A stretch of 64,000 nt of DNA from Pseudovirgaria hyperparasitica (lineage: Eukaryota), in the NCBI GenBank assembly GCA_010093815.1, contig ML996584.1; one strand, 5' to 3'. Below, piece by piece: positions 11,220 through 21,896 of this stretch. A model generated the notes under the pieces. It had not been told where the DNA came from. It searched no databases and was given only the letters and a program-made list of their open reading frames with translations. Each line of letters begins with the position of its first letter. The first letter of the stretch is position 1. The translations under genes and the position numbers were made by a program.

Positions 11220-11760
11220 TCTCTAGTCACTTACTACTTACTCTATGGGCTAGTACTCTATGGGCTAGTACTCTAGTATAGCTAATAGTAGTATGTTCTA
11301 TTATATAGCTAACACTCCACAAACCGGAATCTATCTTGACTACTAGTACTCACTCTATACTAGTATATATATATATATATATATACTGTATAACTTATAT
11401 ATACCTACATATATACTACTGTACTCTTTTACTCTACTTACTCTATACTATAATTTACTATACTATACTATACTATACTATTCCAATCCATCTAGACTCT
11501 ATGCTATACTACAAGTACGTGCCTAGTCTATTTCTATATAGCATGTAACTTCTTATAGCCTCCTATAACTAGTAGAGTCTAGTCTAGTATAGCATACTAC
11601 AGAGAATAGGGTAAGCGGCAAGATTGAATTATCATATAGTTCAATTCTAAAGTAGCAGTATCAGTCGTAGTCGTGGTTTCTACATCTACCCAGGATAGCT
11701 ACATGGGATGATTCAAAGAGGAGAACCCCAAGGAGTAGTCTTCTAGCTAAACAATATTGA
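11220..11760. other. Extremely TpA-rich, low-GC tract (RIP-like relic or simple-repeat decay)
   Basis: Dense CTA/TAG/TATAC, with duplicated tactctatgggctag; few CpA/TpG. Confidence 0.5.
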
Positions 11761-12147
11761 TACGATGACTCTAGGATTAACACCTCCAGCTACAAGACCG
11801 CTGCAAGACAGCTACATAGGCTACACAAGCCACACAGGCGGCACAAGCCACACAGGCCACACAAGCCGCACAAGCCGCACAAGCCCAGCCAGGCATCCGT
11901 CGTGGCGTGCGTGTTCGTCTCATGCGTCAGGACAACAGAAAGGGATATGAGATAGTCGAGTGGACATGGGAGAAGAAGATGGGAGAAGATGGAAAGTAGA
12001 TGTAAGAAGATGGCAAGTCGAGAACCCAGTCTCGAAACACAGAAGTATGGCCCCCCGCCCCCAAAAGACCAAGCACAACAACGCCGTAGCCACCAATAAC
12101 TCCAGTCATGTGCCCATGTGCCCATGTGCGAAATCTCAGACGGCGCT

Positions 12148-13656
12148 TCACGGGCATTCATGTTCGTCGCCAAAGGGACTTCGGCTGCGGCCAATCTGTG
12201 AGCTCTCTCGCCGCGTCTCGTCCGTCTCGGTGACGGGATCGAGGGCGGCGGCGCGGCGGGAGCCGGACTGCTGCTGGTGGGTTCGAGGAGAGAGAATGGT
12301 GGCGCTCATGTCGGCAAAGGGGCTGTGTGTGGAGACGGGCAGGTCGCCGGGTATGTCGGCAAGCCCGGGCGAGGCACGCCCGTCATCGACAAGACTGCGT
12401 CGGATGGAGCTTTGCTCGTCGTCGGACTCGGAGATGGAGACGGCCGAGTTGAGGGTGTTTGGGCGCGGTGTGGAGATGGGTGAGATTGAGAGCAGGCTAG
12501 AGCTCGAGTTCATGCTGATCAAGCTGGGCTTCTTCTTGGATATCGTGACGGGCACCGGTCTGGCCTCGCTGACGGAAGAGGAAGAAGGTGGCGGGTTTCC
12601 AGCAGTCAGAGAGGGGCTTGAAGGGGTGCGCGTCTGGGCGGGTCGTTGGATGCTTCCAAATTCGGCCGACGGGGCCTGAGGGGTGCCGGGGGCTGGTGTG
12701 GCCAGCGGACTGCCAGACTTGACGTTTATGACGGCGGCCTTGCCACGGAGCACGGTGGTGGCCGGCATCGGGTCGACGACGGCATCGTTCCGGTAGATGG
12801 TCGTGGCGACACTGCTCCTGGCCAGGCTGGGAGTGATGCTCTGGCGCGAGTGCATGGTGTGGAAGCTGCTGCGGTTGTCGTTTACGATGGTGTTGATGGT
12901 GTGGAAGCTGCTCCTGTTGTCGGAGACGTCGGTGTAGCCGGTGTAGGTGGAGCCACGGACGGAGCGGAGGTCACCGGGCATAAAGTAGTGGGAATCTTCG
13001 TGCTGTTGAGAGTAGGGACTGGAGGGCTGGGAGGAGTTGGAGACGATGATGGGGATGGGCGGAACGGGAGGCACCAGCAGCTGGGGAGATTGCGGGCCGG
13101 AGCGGTTGGTGATGCCGGGAATGTAGGCAATCTGGATGATGTTGGAGGCGCGAGTGAGGACGGTGGAGGCCAGCGAGTGGACGGTGTGGGTGGACATGCG
13201 GGCGTCTCTCCGCATGGTAAACTGGGTGTTGCGTTTCTCTGGCGGCAGGTTTGTCTGGTCCCACGCCGCGGCGTCGTCCATCTCTTGTTGGCGACGCTTG
13301 ATGCAGAATTTCCACACCAGCCAGGTAGCAAGCACGATGAAAGCGATGCCGCCGACAACACCGCCGGCAATGGCGCCGACATTGGGCCCCGACTTTTTGT
13401 TCGCGGCATTGTTGCTGCTGGCGCTGGGGTCGGCGATACAGATGGCGCCAGGACAGGTATCGCACGTCTTTGTGGTGATGGAGCAGATCTGGCCGGTGGG
13501 ACAGGAAGGACAGCTCAGGGCGACGTTTTCGCACTCGATACAGCGTCGGAAGATTGTCCGCAAGACACGCGCGACCTCTGGGCAGGAGTCAGCAGGGCCG
13601 AGAAGTAGACAAGCAGTAGAGAAGAAGGCAAACATACCGGGGCTTGTCGCAGTCAT
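12148..13656 (-). CDS. OPY2: Opy2-like membrane anchor of the HOG/MAPK pathway
   Basis: Cys-rich N-domain (CIEC..CPSCPTGQICSITTKTCDTCPGAIC), single TM (GAIAGGVVGGIAFI), then RASNIIQIAYIPG. A probable in-frame intron at about 13637-13578 follows MTATSP. Confidence 0.85.
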   Translation of the reverse strand: MTATSPGMFAFFSTACLLLGPADSCPEVARVLRTIFRRCIECENVALSCPSCPTGQICSITTKTCDTCPGAICIADPSASSNNAANKKSGPNVGAIAGGVVGGIAFIVLATWLVWKFCIKRRQQEMDDAAAWDQTNLPPEKRNTQFTMRRDARMSTHTVHSLASTVLTRASNIIQIAYIPGITNRSGPQSPQLLVPPVPPIPIIVSNSSQPSSPYSQQHEDSHYFMPGDLRSVRGSTYTGYTDVSDNRSSFHTINTIVNDNRSSFHTMHSRQSITPSLARSSVATTIYRNDAVVDPMPATTVLRGKAAVINVKSGSPLATPAPGTPQAPSAEFGSIQRPAQTRTPSSPSLTAGNPPPSSSSVSEARPVPVTISKKKPSLISMNSSSSLLSISPISTPRPNTLNSAVSISESDDEQSSIRRSLVDDGRASPGLADIPGDLPVSTHSPFADMSATILSPRTHQQQSGSRRAAALDPVTETDETRRESSQIGRSRSPFGDEHECP

Positions 13657-16026
13657 GGTGAACGACGATCGCTTTGTGGGGTTGATGGAGCGCGAGATGG
13701 ACAAAATACGACAGCTGGCGTAGAGTGTCTATGGAGTTCAAGGAGATGTCATGTGGATAGGTAGACGGCGAAGAATAGGCGATGATGATGGCGATGGCAG
13801 TGTTGGACGTGGACGTGAACGAGTCGGAGGATTGAAGCTGACAGTGAGTTTGTAGGTGAAGTGGAGGAGTGGGAGAGAAGTAGTGGTGACAAGCAAAGCG
13901 CACAGCGTGTATTGTTGTTGTAAAGGTCCCAAAAAAAAAAGAGGACGAACGAAAGGAAGCAGGCAAGAAGTAACGAGCGACAGGATCAAGGACCAAGAAG
14001 GGGGTGGAAGGGAGAGAGAGAGAAGTGAATAAACGGGCGGTGGTGTTGTGTTGGTGTTGTTGGAGGGAGAGACAAGAAGAGACGGACGAGCGAGGGAGAA
14101 GTAAATGGGGCGGCGGTCGGCAAAGTTGAGAGAGACAAGGACGGGCAAGGCAGCCAGGCAGCCAGGCACGCACAGGGCACGGGGCACAGGCACACACACA
14201 CATGCACACATACACATATACATTACAGCCAGGGTATCTGTCTACTGTCTACTGTGCCTGTGCCGGCGCGTGGAGGAAGTAGAGTAGTAGCATTCGCAGC
14301 ATTCTTCACACGCTTCACACACACACGAATCGCCAACACAATCGATTGCTGCACATGCATGCAAGGAGACGGTGGTACTGTGCCGGGCGGGAGAGGAGAG
14401 GGGATTTGATATCAACTGGCTGGCAGGCAGGCTGGCAGTCAGGTCCTATTATCCGGTCCTATTATCCGGTCCTATTCTCCCCGTGCTACAGTGTGTATAT
14501 CGCGGCTAATTAACCATTACAGTAATTCGTAATTCTCGGCATCACAATCACAATCATATCACTATATTGATCCCATCCATCGTCCACGCCGCCCGCCCCC
14601 AAGCAGCACGTATGCACGCACGCACACGCCCGCACGCACTCCACATTCCCACAAACCAACCCACAAACCATCCACTCTGCACGCACGCCCACACACACAT
14701 TGCATGGAGAGAGAGAGAGAGAGCTGAGGCAATTATTATATCAGTCAGGCCGACCGACTGGCAGTGACTGACTGACTGACTGACTGACTGACTGATTGCA
14801 CCTTCCTGCCTCACATCCACGTACCTTCCATATCTACTAATTAATTACTGTCCTGTCAGCGCGCACGCCTCCACCACCGTCCGCCGTTTCCAATCGACGG
14901 GTTTAGCGAGTCGCCAGCCAATAGGAGCGGTTTGTGGGAAATTGCACATCAGCACTCGCAGCTGTTCTTGACCCATTTGCCGCGCCTACACACACAGACA
15001 CACACGCACGCACAGTACTGCCGGAGTACTGCCGACGCCGACTAATGCCGCGCCCGGCTCTCGACTTCTCTCGTCTGCTCCTTCCACCTGTGCCACATAC
15101 ACACACACACTAATGATCCCTCCCTCTTCCTCTTTCCCTCGATCCGCTCGATTGACCCGTGCACGCCACACTTGCATGCATAATACTGTCTGTCTATCCC
15201 CCATCACGCCATCCTACTACATATGTCCTGTACTGCCGTACTACTACACTATAAACCCATGCATCGTCGATCATATACAATAGCAACATATTATACATGC
15301 TGTACATACACCTTGTCTATCATGCCATTGATGCTGCTCATTGCTGCCTCACTTTAACGGTACTGCTGTACTGCTGTTAATTGTGAGCTATATCCACCCC
15401 TCTCCGTCCTGGCTAATTACCTACCTATACTACACAACCAATCAATGCGCCCCAAGCCAACCTTGCCCTCGTATCTCGTACCTGACTAACCCAACTGTCT
15501 ACACTACTCATCCTACATTCTATATTCCACATTACATCGTATACACTGACCTGCACAGCCACGACTGATGCATGCAGCTCATGCCATCTCATATCCGAAA
15601 GTACCTAGGTGGTCATGTACACATACAGGATATATATATATATATATATATGCGCGAGACACGCTACCTGCCTATACCTCCATTTTGTGGATGCTAGCCT
15701 TTGCAGCTGCCAGGTATATCGGTGCCGAGGTATGTCGGTGCCTGAGGCAGGCAGGACTATGTAAGCGCGCTGTCTTGCATCGTCTTCAGTCGACGGTGGG
15801 AGAAATAATTTCCTGTTAGGTTGGGTCAGGTCAAGTGGGAGTCTGGAGCGGAGTGCCTGAGGCTGCACTTCTTCATACCTGAGGCTACTAATACCTGCCT
15901 GAGGCTACGTACACCTGAGGCCACTCTATACCATTAGAACAAGATAGCCATGCATTACCTAATCACACCTACCAATCCACACTACCACACCATATTATAT
16001 CAACTATCCAACCTTCACCACCCCCC

Positions 16027-17576
16027 TCACGCCCACTTCCCCAGCACGCTCATCACCACCAGGCCCGCCACCAGACTCGTGCCCGCAAGCAGCGTGCGCA
16101 CCACTCCGGCATTCAGCAACGGGCCCTCCATCCAGTCCTTGGCCAGCATCTCCACCACGCCCACCCACACCAGGATGCCCGCGCTGAACGCATCCAGCGT
16201 GCCAATCGCCACAATCGTGCTCCTGTCATTGCCATTAAAGTGATTCAACACCCCAATCCCAATCGCCATGCCAATCGGCGTAATCACCGTAAACGCAAGC
16301 CCCATCACGCACTTCTTCCACGTCGCCAGCAGGCCGGACGGGACCTGTGCAATCATGCTGCCGAGCGCGAGTCCCTCGAACATCTGGTGAAACACAATCA
16401 CGATGAACAGCGTGATGAACCCCGAATCGCCCGCCACCACGAGCGTCAGTCCGATCAGGATCGAGTGGAACAGGATTCCGGCTTCGAGAGATGCCACCGT
16501 CAGCGTATCCGTCTGCCACTCGCCTGGCGTTGCGTGTCCGTGGCCGTGGGATGGCGCGAGGGCGGTGCTGGTGTCGGGTCTTGTGACTGAGCTCTTCGCC
16601 GCTGTGTCGCTGCCGTCGTTTGTCGACGGTGCTTCCGAGTCGCGGTCGCTTGCCTGGCTGCGGCGCCAGTACACGACGCGGTGGGACAGGTAGTCGATCA
16701 GGAACGAGACGATGATGCCGGCCATGACAATGGCGGCTGTGGTGCCCTCGTAGCTCAGCTCCCCGAGACATTGGTTGGCAAACATCAGTTGTGCGTGCGT
16801 GAATAGCTGGACTGCTGGTTAGCAAAGCAGACTTTCCGAGTTCCAAGCCCAAGCCTTACGTGGATAAATGCCGTCGAGATGATGACTCCGGTGCCAAACT
16901 GCTTGACCACCATGAGGCTTCCCTGCTGGAACGGGAGGTTGAACTTGGCAATGGCAATCGGCAAGAACACGCCGATACCACTCGTCACCAGAATCACAAA
17001 CAGCAGTCCGATTCTCAGGGGCACGTTGTAGTCCCTGTCCGTGCGCTCACACGACACCTCTTCTTGTCCAGGGCAGTGTCTGTCAGAGTTCATTAGTCCT
17101 TGACATCACCGGCCTGGCTTCAGCCGACTTACTCAACCCCGGCATGGAAGTGACAGCCGTTACCCTCCTCCTCTCCACCGTGCGAGTGCTCATCCGCCGG
17201 CTCCTCGGCCCCGGATGTCTCAATCACCAACTGGACCTCACTGCCATCCGGAGCGAAACAGAACCTGAAGTGCACAGTTAGCCCGGGCACACAAGACGGA
17301 CAGATCACACGCAACGTACGCATCGCTTCCATGTGCGTGACAGCCAGTGTACTCCGACGGCAACTCTCCCGTCGGCGTGGCTTCCATCAGGATGGGGTAC
17401 TCTTCCGTCCCAGCCTCGCAGTACTGCGTTGCGCCATGGGCATGGCAGCTGGACACGGCCGTCGGAATCTCTGGAGCCGTGGTCGACGACGCCGGTGCCT
17501 CTGTCTGCGCGCAGACCGCGCAGCCCAGCCACGCGGCAACGAAGCCTCGCAGCAATAATCGACTGTTGTGCAACAT
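16027..17576 (-). CDS. zrfC: ZIP-family high-affinity zinc transporter, ZrfC/Zrt1 type
   Basis: Signal peptide; three His/Cys motifs (CHAHGATQYC, CHAHGSDAFC, CHFHAGVEHC); KQFGTGVIISTAFIH, LEAGILFHSILIG and FHQMFEGLALG. Four exons. Confidence 0.92.
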
Positions 17577-17677
17577 GGCGAGTGTCTAGAGATGATGGGA
17601 GATATCGGGAGAAGAAGAAGACGAAGAAGACAAGGCCATATATCGCGTAGAGGACGCCGTCCGGGACTTATGCTGGC

Positions 17678-18399
17678 TCAAGGCAAAAACCTTGATGGAT
17701 CATGGGCCGAAACGTGACTCTTGGCATGTCTTAGAGGTCACTGCTCAGCATCCTACACGCCATGGAATTGGAGGAAGAGGCAAAAGTCCAGAAAGGAGGC
17801 ACGGGGAGAGAGGCAACAGCAGCATCAGCAGCATCAGCAGCATCAGCAGCAGCAGCAACACAGAATCCTGATCCGTCCTTCCCCCACGTAGGGCTGTTCT
17901 TCTTAACCCAAACGAGCAGGAGGCCTCGCGTATTCCGGGCCTGTCAACCTGCCCACGGACGTCTTCAAGGCGGCGAGGGCGTCGATCGGCGGAATTGTTC
18001 ACGTAAAAAAGTGTCTTGCTGCACTGGGAGGAGCGGCGGAATCCACCACTGTCCCGTGATGGCCAAGCTGAGTACTGTGCCAAGCCATGTCCAGATATCT
18101 CTCGGCGGAGCTTGGCAAAACACGGTCAACCACACACGCATATGGACGAGGCCATGGGAACTGTCTCGGACGAGGTCATGGATGGACAGACATTGGAACT
18201 ACGCAGTTATCCGCGCTGAAATCCTTCCGTCCTGGTTTACTGATTTGCCGCCGTTGCCCTTCGTTTGTGGTAGGTAATTATAGAGTAACAATTCTCCACT
18301 CAGGCCCCGAGCTGGCGAATCAACACAGCCGACGATTCCCCAAAACAACAAAATCCATCCGACTTCTCGAATCACCTCCAAGCCATTCTGAGCACCTTG
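17678..18399. promoter_or_regulatory. Bidirectional zrfC/aspf2 promoter with candidate PacC (GCCARG) and ZafA-type (CAAGGT) sites
   Basis: GCCAAG at 18062 and 18079; CTTGGC at 17720 and 18111; ACCTTG (= CAAGGT on the minus strand) at 17689 and 18394. Confidence 0.55.
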
Positions 18400-18794
18400 C
18401 AGTCGATGTAACCGTTCGCTTACCACGTTTTTTTGTTCGGACGTTCACGCCGCATCTCGGTAGTACTCAGGTGGGCCGTGACGGTGAAAAGTTTCTTATT
18501 GTGGCGTCACAACATCCTCTGAAAGTGGCTTCGTCCTTGCCGTAAGCATGACAAGAAGGCTGTTCTTCCAAGACTATCGTGATGTTGGCATGGGGGTGTA
18601 CACGACCGCGGACGGCGATGTCGAGTCAAGACGTGAACAATCATGAGTACCTCGCCGGCACTTCATAAGACGGCCATGTTCGCCCGTCAAACAGAACTCC
18701 AGCAGCATCTTGGGCTCCTCCGCGATTGACATCCTTCAGGTCCGCGATTGATATCTTTCCATCTTCAACTCCCCCTCGCTCCCCAGTATCCACA

Positions 18795-19864
18795 ATGCCT
18801 TCCCTCACCACCACCACCACCACCACCATCCTCCTCGCCGCCCTCACCGGCGCATCCACCGCCTCCCCTCTCCTCGCCCGTCAAGCACCCTCCATCACCA
18901 CCCCCCCAAACCAACCGGCTCCCACCCCAACCCCCTGGGACCACGGCGCCACGCCCGACTTCCCCATCCACAGCTCCTGCAACGCCACCGAGCGCGCCCA
19001 GCTCCAGGACGCCCTCCACGAAATGCTCCTCCTCGCCCAGCACGCAAAGCAGCACATCCTCCGCTTCGGCAACAGCTCCGCCCAGTACTCCCAGTGGTTC
19101 GGCCAGGCGCCCACCGCCGGCCCAATCGGCTGGTACGAACGCATCCTCTCCGCCGACCGCGCCGACACCCTTTTCCGCTGCGACGACCCCGACGGCAACT
19201 GTGCTCTGCATCCTGATAGTAGGTCTCCCTGTCCCGTGCCCCCCCTTTTCACCATGCACCCCCCTTTTCACCATTCCCCTAACACAAACCCCCAGCATAC
19301 GCCGGCCACTGGCGCGGCTCAAACGCCACCCAAGAAACCGTCATCTGCCCACGCTCCTTCTCCGGCATCCGCTGGTCCCTCAACGCCCTCTGCAGCCGCG
19401 GCTACACCGTCGCCAACTCGCCCGCAAACGCCTTCTTCGCCACCGACCTCCTCCACCGCGTCCTGCACGTGCCCCGCATTAGCGAGGGCCTCGTCGGCCA
19501 TTTCGCCGAGGACTACCCGGAGATGCTGGCACTGGCGCGTGAGAGGCCGGAGGAGGCGGTGCTGAATAGCGATTCGTTGCAGCTTTTTGCTGTCGATGTT
19601 TATGGGTTTGATATTTCTGTGCCTGGGGTCGGGTGTCATGGGGTTTACTCGGCTGTTGAGGAGGAGGGGGCGCCTGCTGCGACGCCGTCGCCGTCGGGGG
19701 TGGTGTCGTCTGTGGCGGTGGAGACGCCGTCTGTGACGCAGAGTGCTGATGCGGTGAGTGTTTAGTTTGTTTGTTTGGTGCTTGTTGGTTGGGGGTGAGT
19801 GCTGATTTTGTGTGTGTTGCAGTCGTGTCATACGCATTCTGATGGGTTTGTGCACTGTGATTGA
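18795..19864 (+). CDS. aspf2: Secreted zincophore, Asp f 2 / Pra1 family
   Basis: Signal peptide; FPIHSSCNATERAQL, FRCDDPDGNC, AGHWRGSNATQETVIC, the HRVLH (HRxxH) motif, and a terminal exon SCHTHSDGFVHCD. Three exons (introns about 19219-19296 and 19754-19822). Confidence 0.93.
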
Positions 19865-20430
19865 GGGGGGTTGGGGTTGTGGTGTTTGGTAGGGGGATGG
19901 AATGGGGGAAGGGGGGAATAGAGAAGATTAGAAAGGAAGAGAAGAGAAGGGGATGGTATACATGCCTCATGCCTACATCATGATGTCTACACGGACGTCT
20001 ACACGCCTACACGCCTACACGCACGCTCAACGACCCAACGAAACCGGACACACGAGTAATCGATAACAAAACCCGCTACTGCAAAGCGGAACCCGTAGAT
20101 GAATTAGACGGAGGACCAAACAAAAAAATGTCGTAATTCTAATACAATATACTATACAATACAACCATACAATCTACACGTATATATTATATATTATAAC
20201 AGACCCCCTTCCTTCCTTCCTTCCCCTCCCATTTCTTGCACGTGCGCGTGCACGACCCGTCTCGTCTCGTTCCGTCTCGTTTCTTCGCTTCTCGGGTGAT
20301 TCTTTCTTGGGCGAAAATAGAGGGGAGGGGGAAGAGAAGGACGGGGAAGGGAAGGGAAGGGAAGGCGAGAGGACGGGAAGGCAAGGGGACGTGAAGGCAA
20401 GGGGGACGTGGAAGATAATGAGGCAAAGAA

Positions 20431-20586
20431 TTGAACGTAGATAAATTCAAACGTAGAGAATTAAACGCAGAGAACTAAAACGTAGAGAGAATTTAAAAAC
20501 GCAGAGAACTAAAACGCAAGAGGATCAAAAACGTAGATGAAATTAAAACGCAGAGAAGTAAACGTAGAGAAGTAAACGTAGAGATT
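20431..20586 (+). repeat. Degenerate minisatellite, core AAACGYAGAGAA, about 10 copies
   Basis: aaacgtagagaa, aaacgcagagaa, aaacgtagaga and similar units spaced 14-19 bp apart. Confidence 0.75.
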
Positions 20587-21896
20587 TGGGCGCTGGGGAT
20601 TGGGCGCAAAAAAAGTAAGAACAAGGTAAAGAAACCTGAGCGTCAAAACAGACGAGTATCCACGCCAGACCAGACCAGACCAGACCAGACCAGACTAGCC
20701 AGCCAGCTACCAGTAATCCTCAAGCTTCTCGAATCTATCCAAGGAGAATGTCTAGAGATGGAATATCCAGAGACCAGAAGATGGAAGAGTAGAATGGACT
20801 GGATTCGTAGGTATTTTGGGTGTGTGCCTCGATATACCCTTCTTTAGCGTGTTTTTGCATATGTATGCCTACAGCGTGTCGGTAGGGAGTAGACGGGAAT
20901 GTAATAGAGAGGGCTGTCTTGGCGATGCATACTCGGGAAGATAACACGAGCTTAGAGAAGGAAGACGACGATTAATTAGTATGGAAAAGTATGTTCTTAG
21001 GTTTATAGACCGGATTGATGGGACTGTGGAGTTATAGAGCCGTAGGTGGTCGCGCCTATAAGGAGTACTCGCTCGGCTACCATGTACTCTGTTCTGGACG
21101 CTCTCGTCCTAAGCTCCGATACCGAAACGGCACGCAGATGCAGGCACGGCCAATTTAAACAGCTGGACTGGCCCGTGGTACAGATCTGGGGGCGGGTACC
21201 GTGCTCGGAAGTCCAGAGCCATACTCGTGGTTCGTGGTCATGCAGATTTTTTCAGATCCGAGATTGTATGATACTATAGCGTGGCACGGCGGTGCCGAAG
21301 TCTCCCTTATCGACAGGCGTCGTCGTCGACCACGGCATTAATTAGGGTTCTGGATCCAATACTCCAAGCGAGACTGGACCTGCCATCTGCCTTCAAGCCC
21401 GCAAGCCTCAAGCCCGCACGCCGAAAAGCCTCAATAAGCGAAAGGTACCTGTCGTCGGACGTTCAATTTCCACGAGGTCGTCGCTTGGCGGGCAAGGCTT
21501 AGCCGAATCGGAGCAGCGCTAACCGATTTCCGCATTAGGGTTCTGTTGTGGTGCCCACTTGGCGGCGCCGCCGTTCATTTCAGGTACGGAGTCTGGAACG
21601 GCCTGCGAACAGAGTCCGTGAGGGTTAAGCCATATCGTGTGTTGTCGTCTGCGCCAGCCTGACTGTACTTTTTCCCACGCTTGCGGGCCCCACGGCATGA
21701 TGGATAGGGAGAGGGAGAACTTGGTTAGGGTTGAAGGTTTGTGGAGGATAGTAGATATATTGGTCTGCGTCCTGGACGGTTGTGGGCGTTTTGTTTTTGG
21801 GTTGCGTTTCTTGTCTCTCGTTTGCTTCGACGTTCGACTGATCGGTGGACTTGTTCTTGACCTTGGGTTTGACGGTAATCACATAAGTCTGGCAAG

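Noticed and set aside
21341..21730. Three TTAGGG hexamers (two as ATTAGGGTTCTG)
   Set aside because: Not tandem and not telomeric; too short to support a regulatory call.
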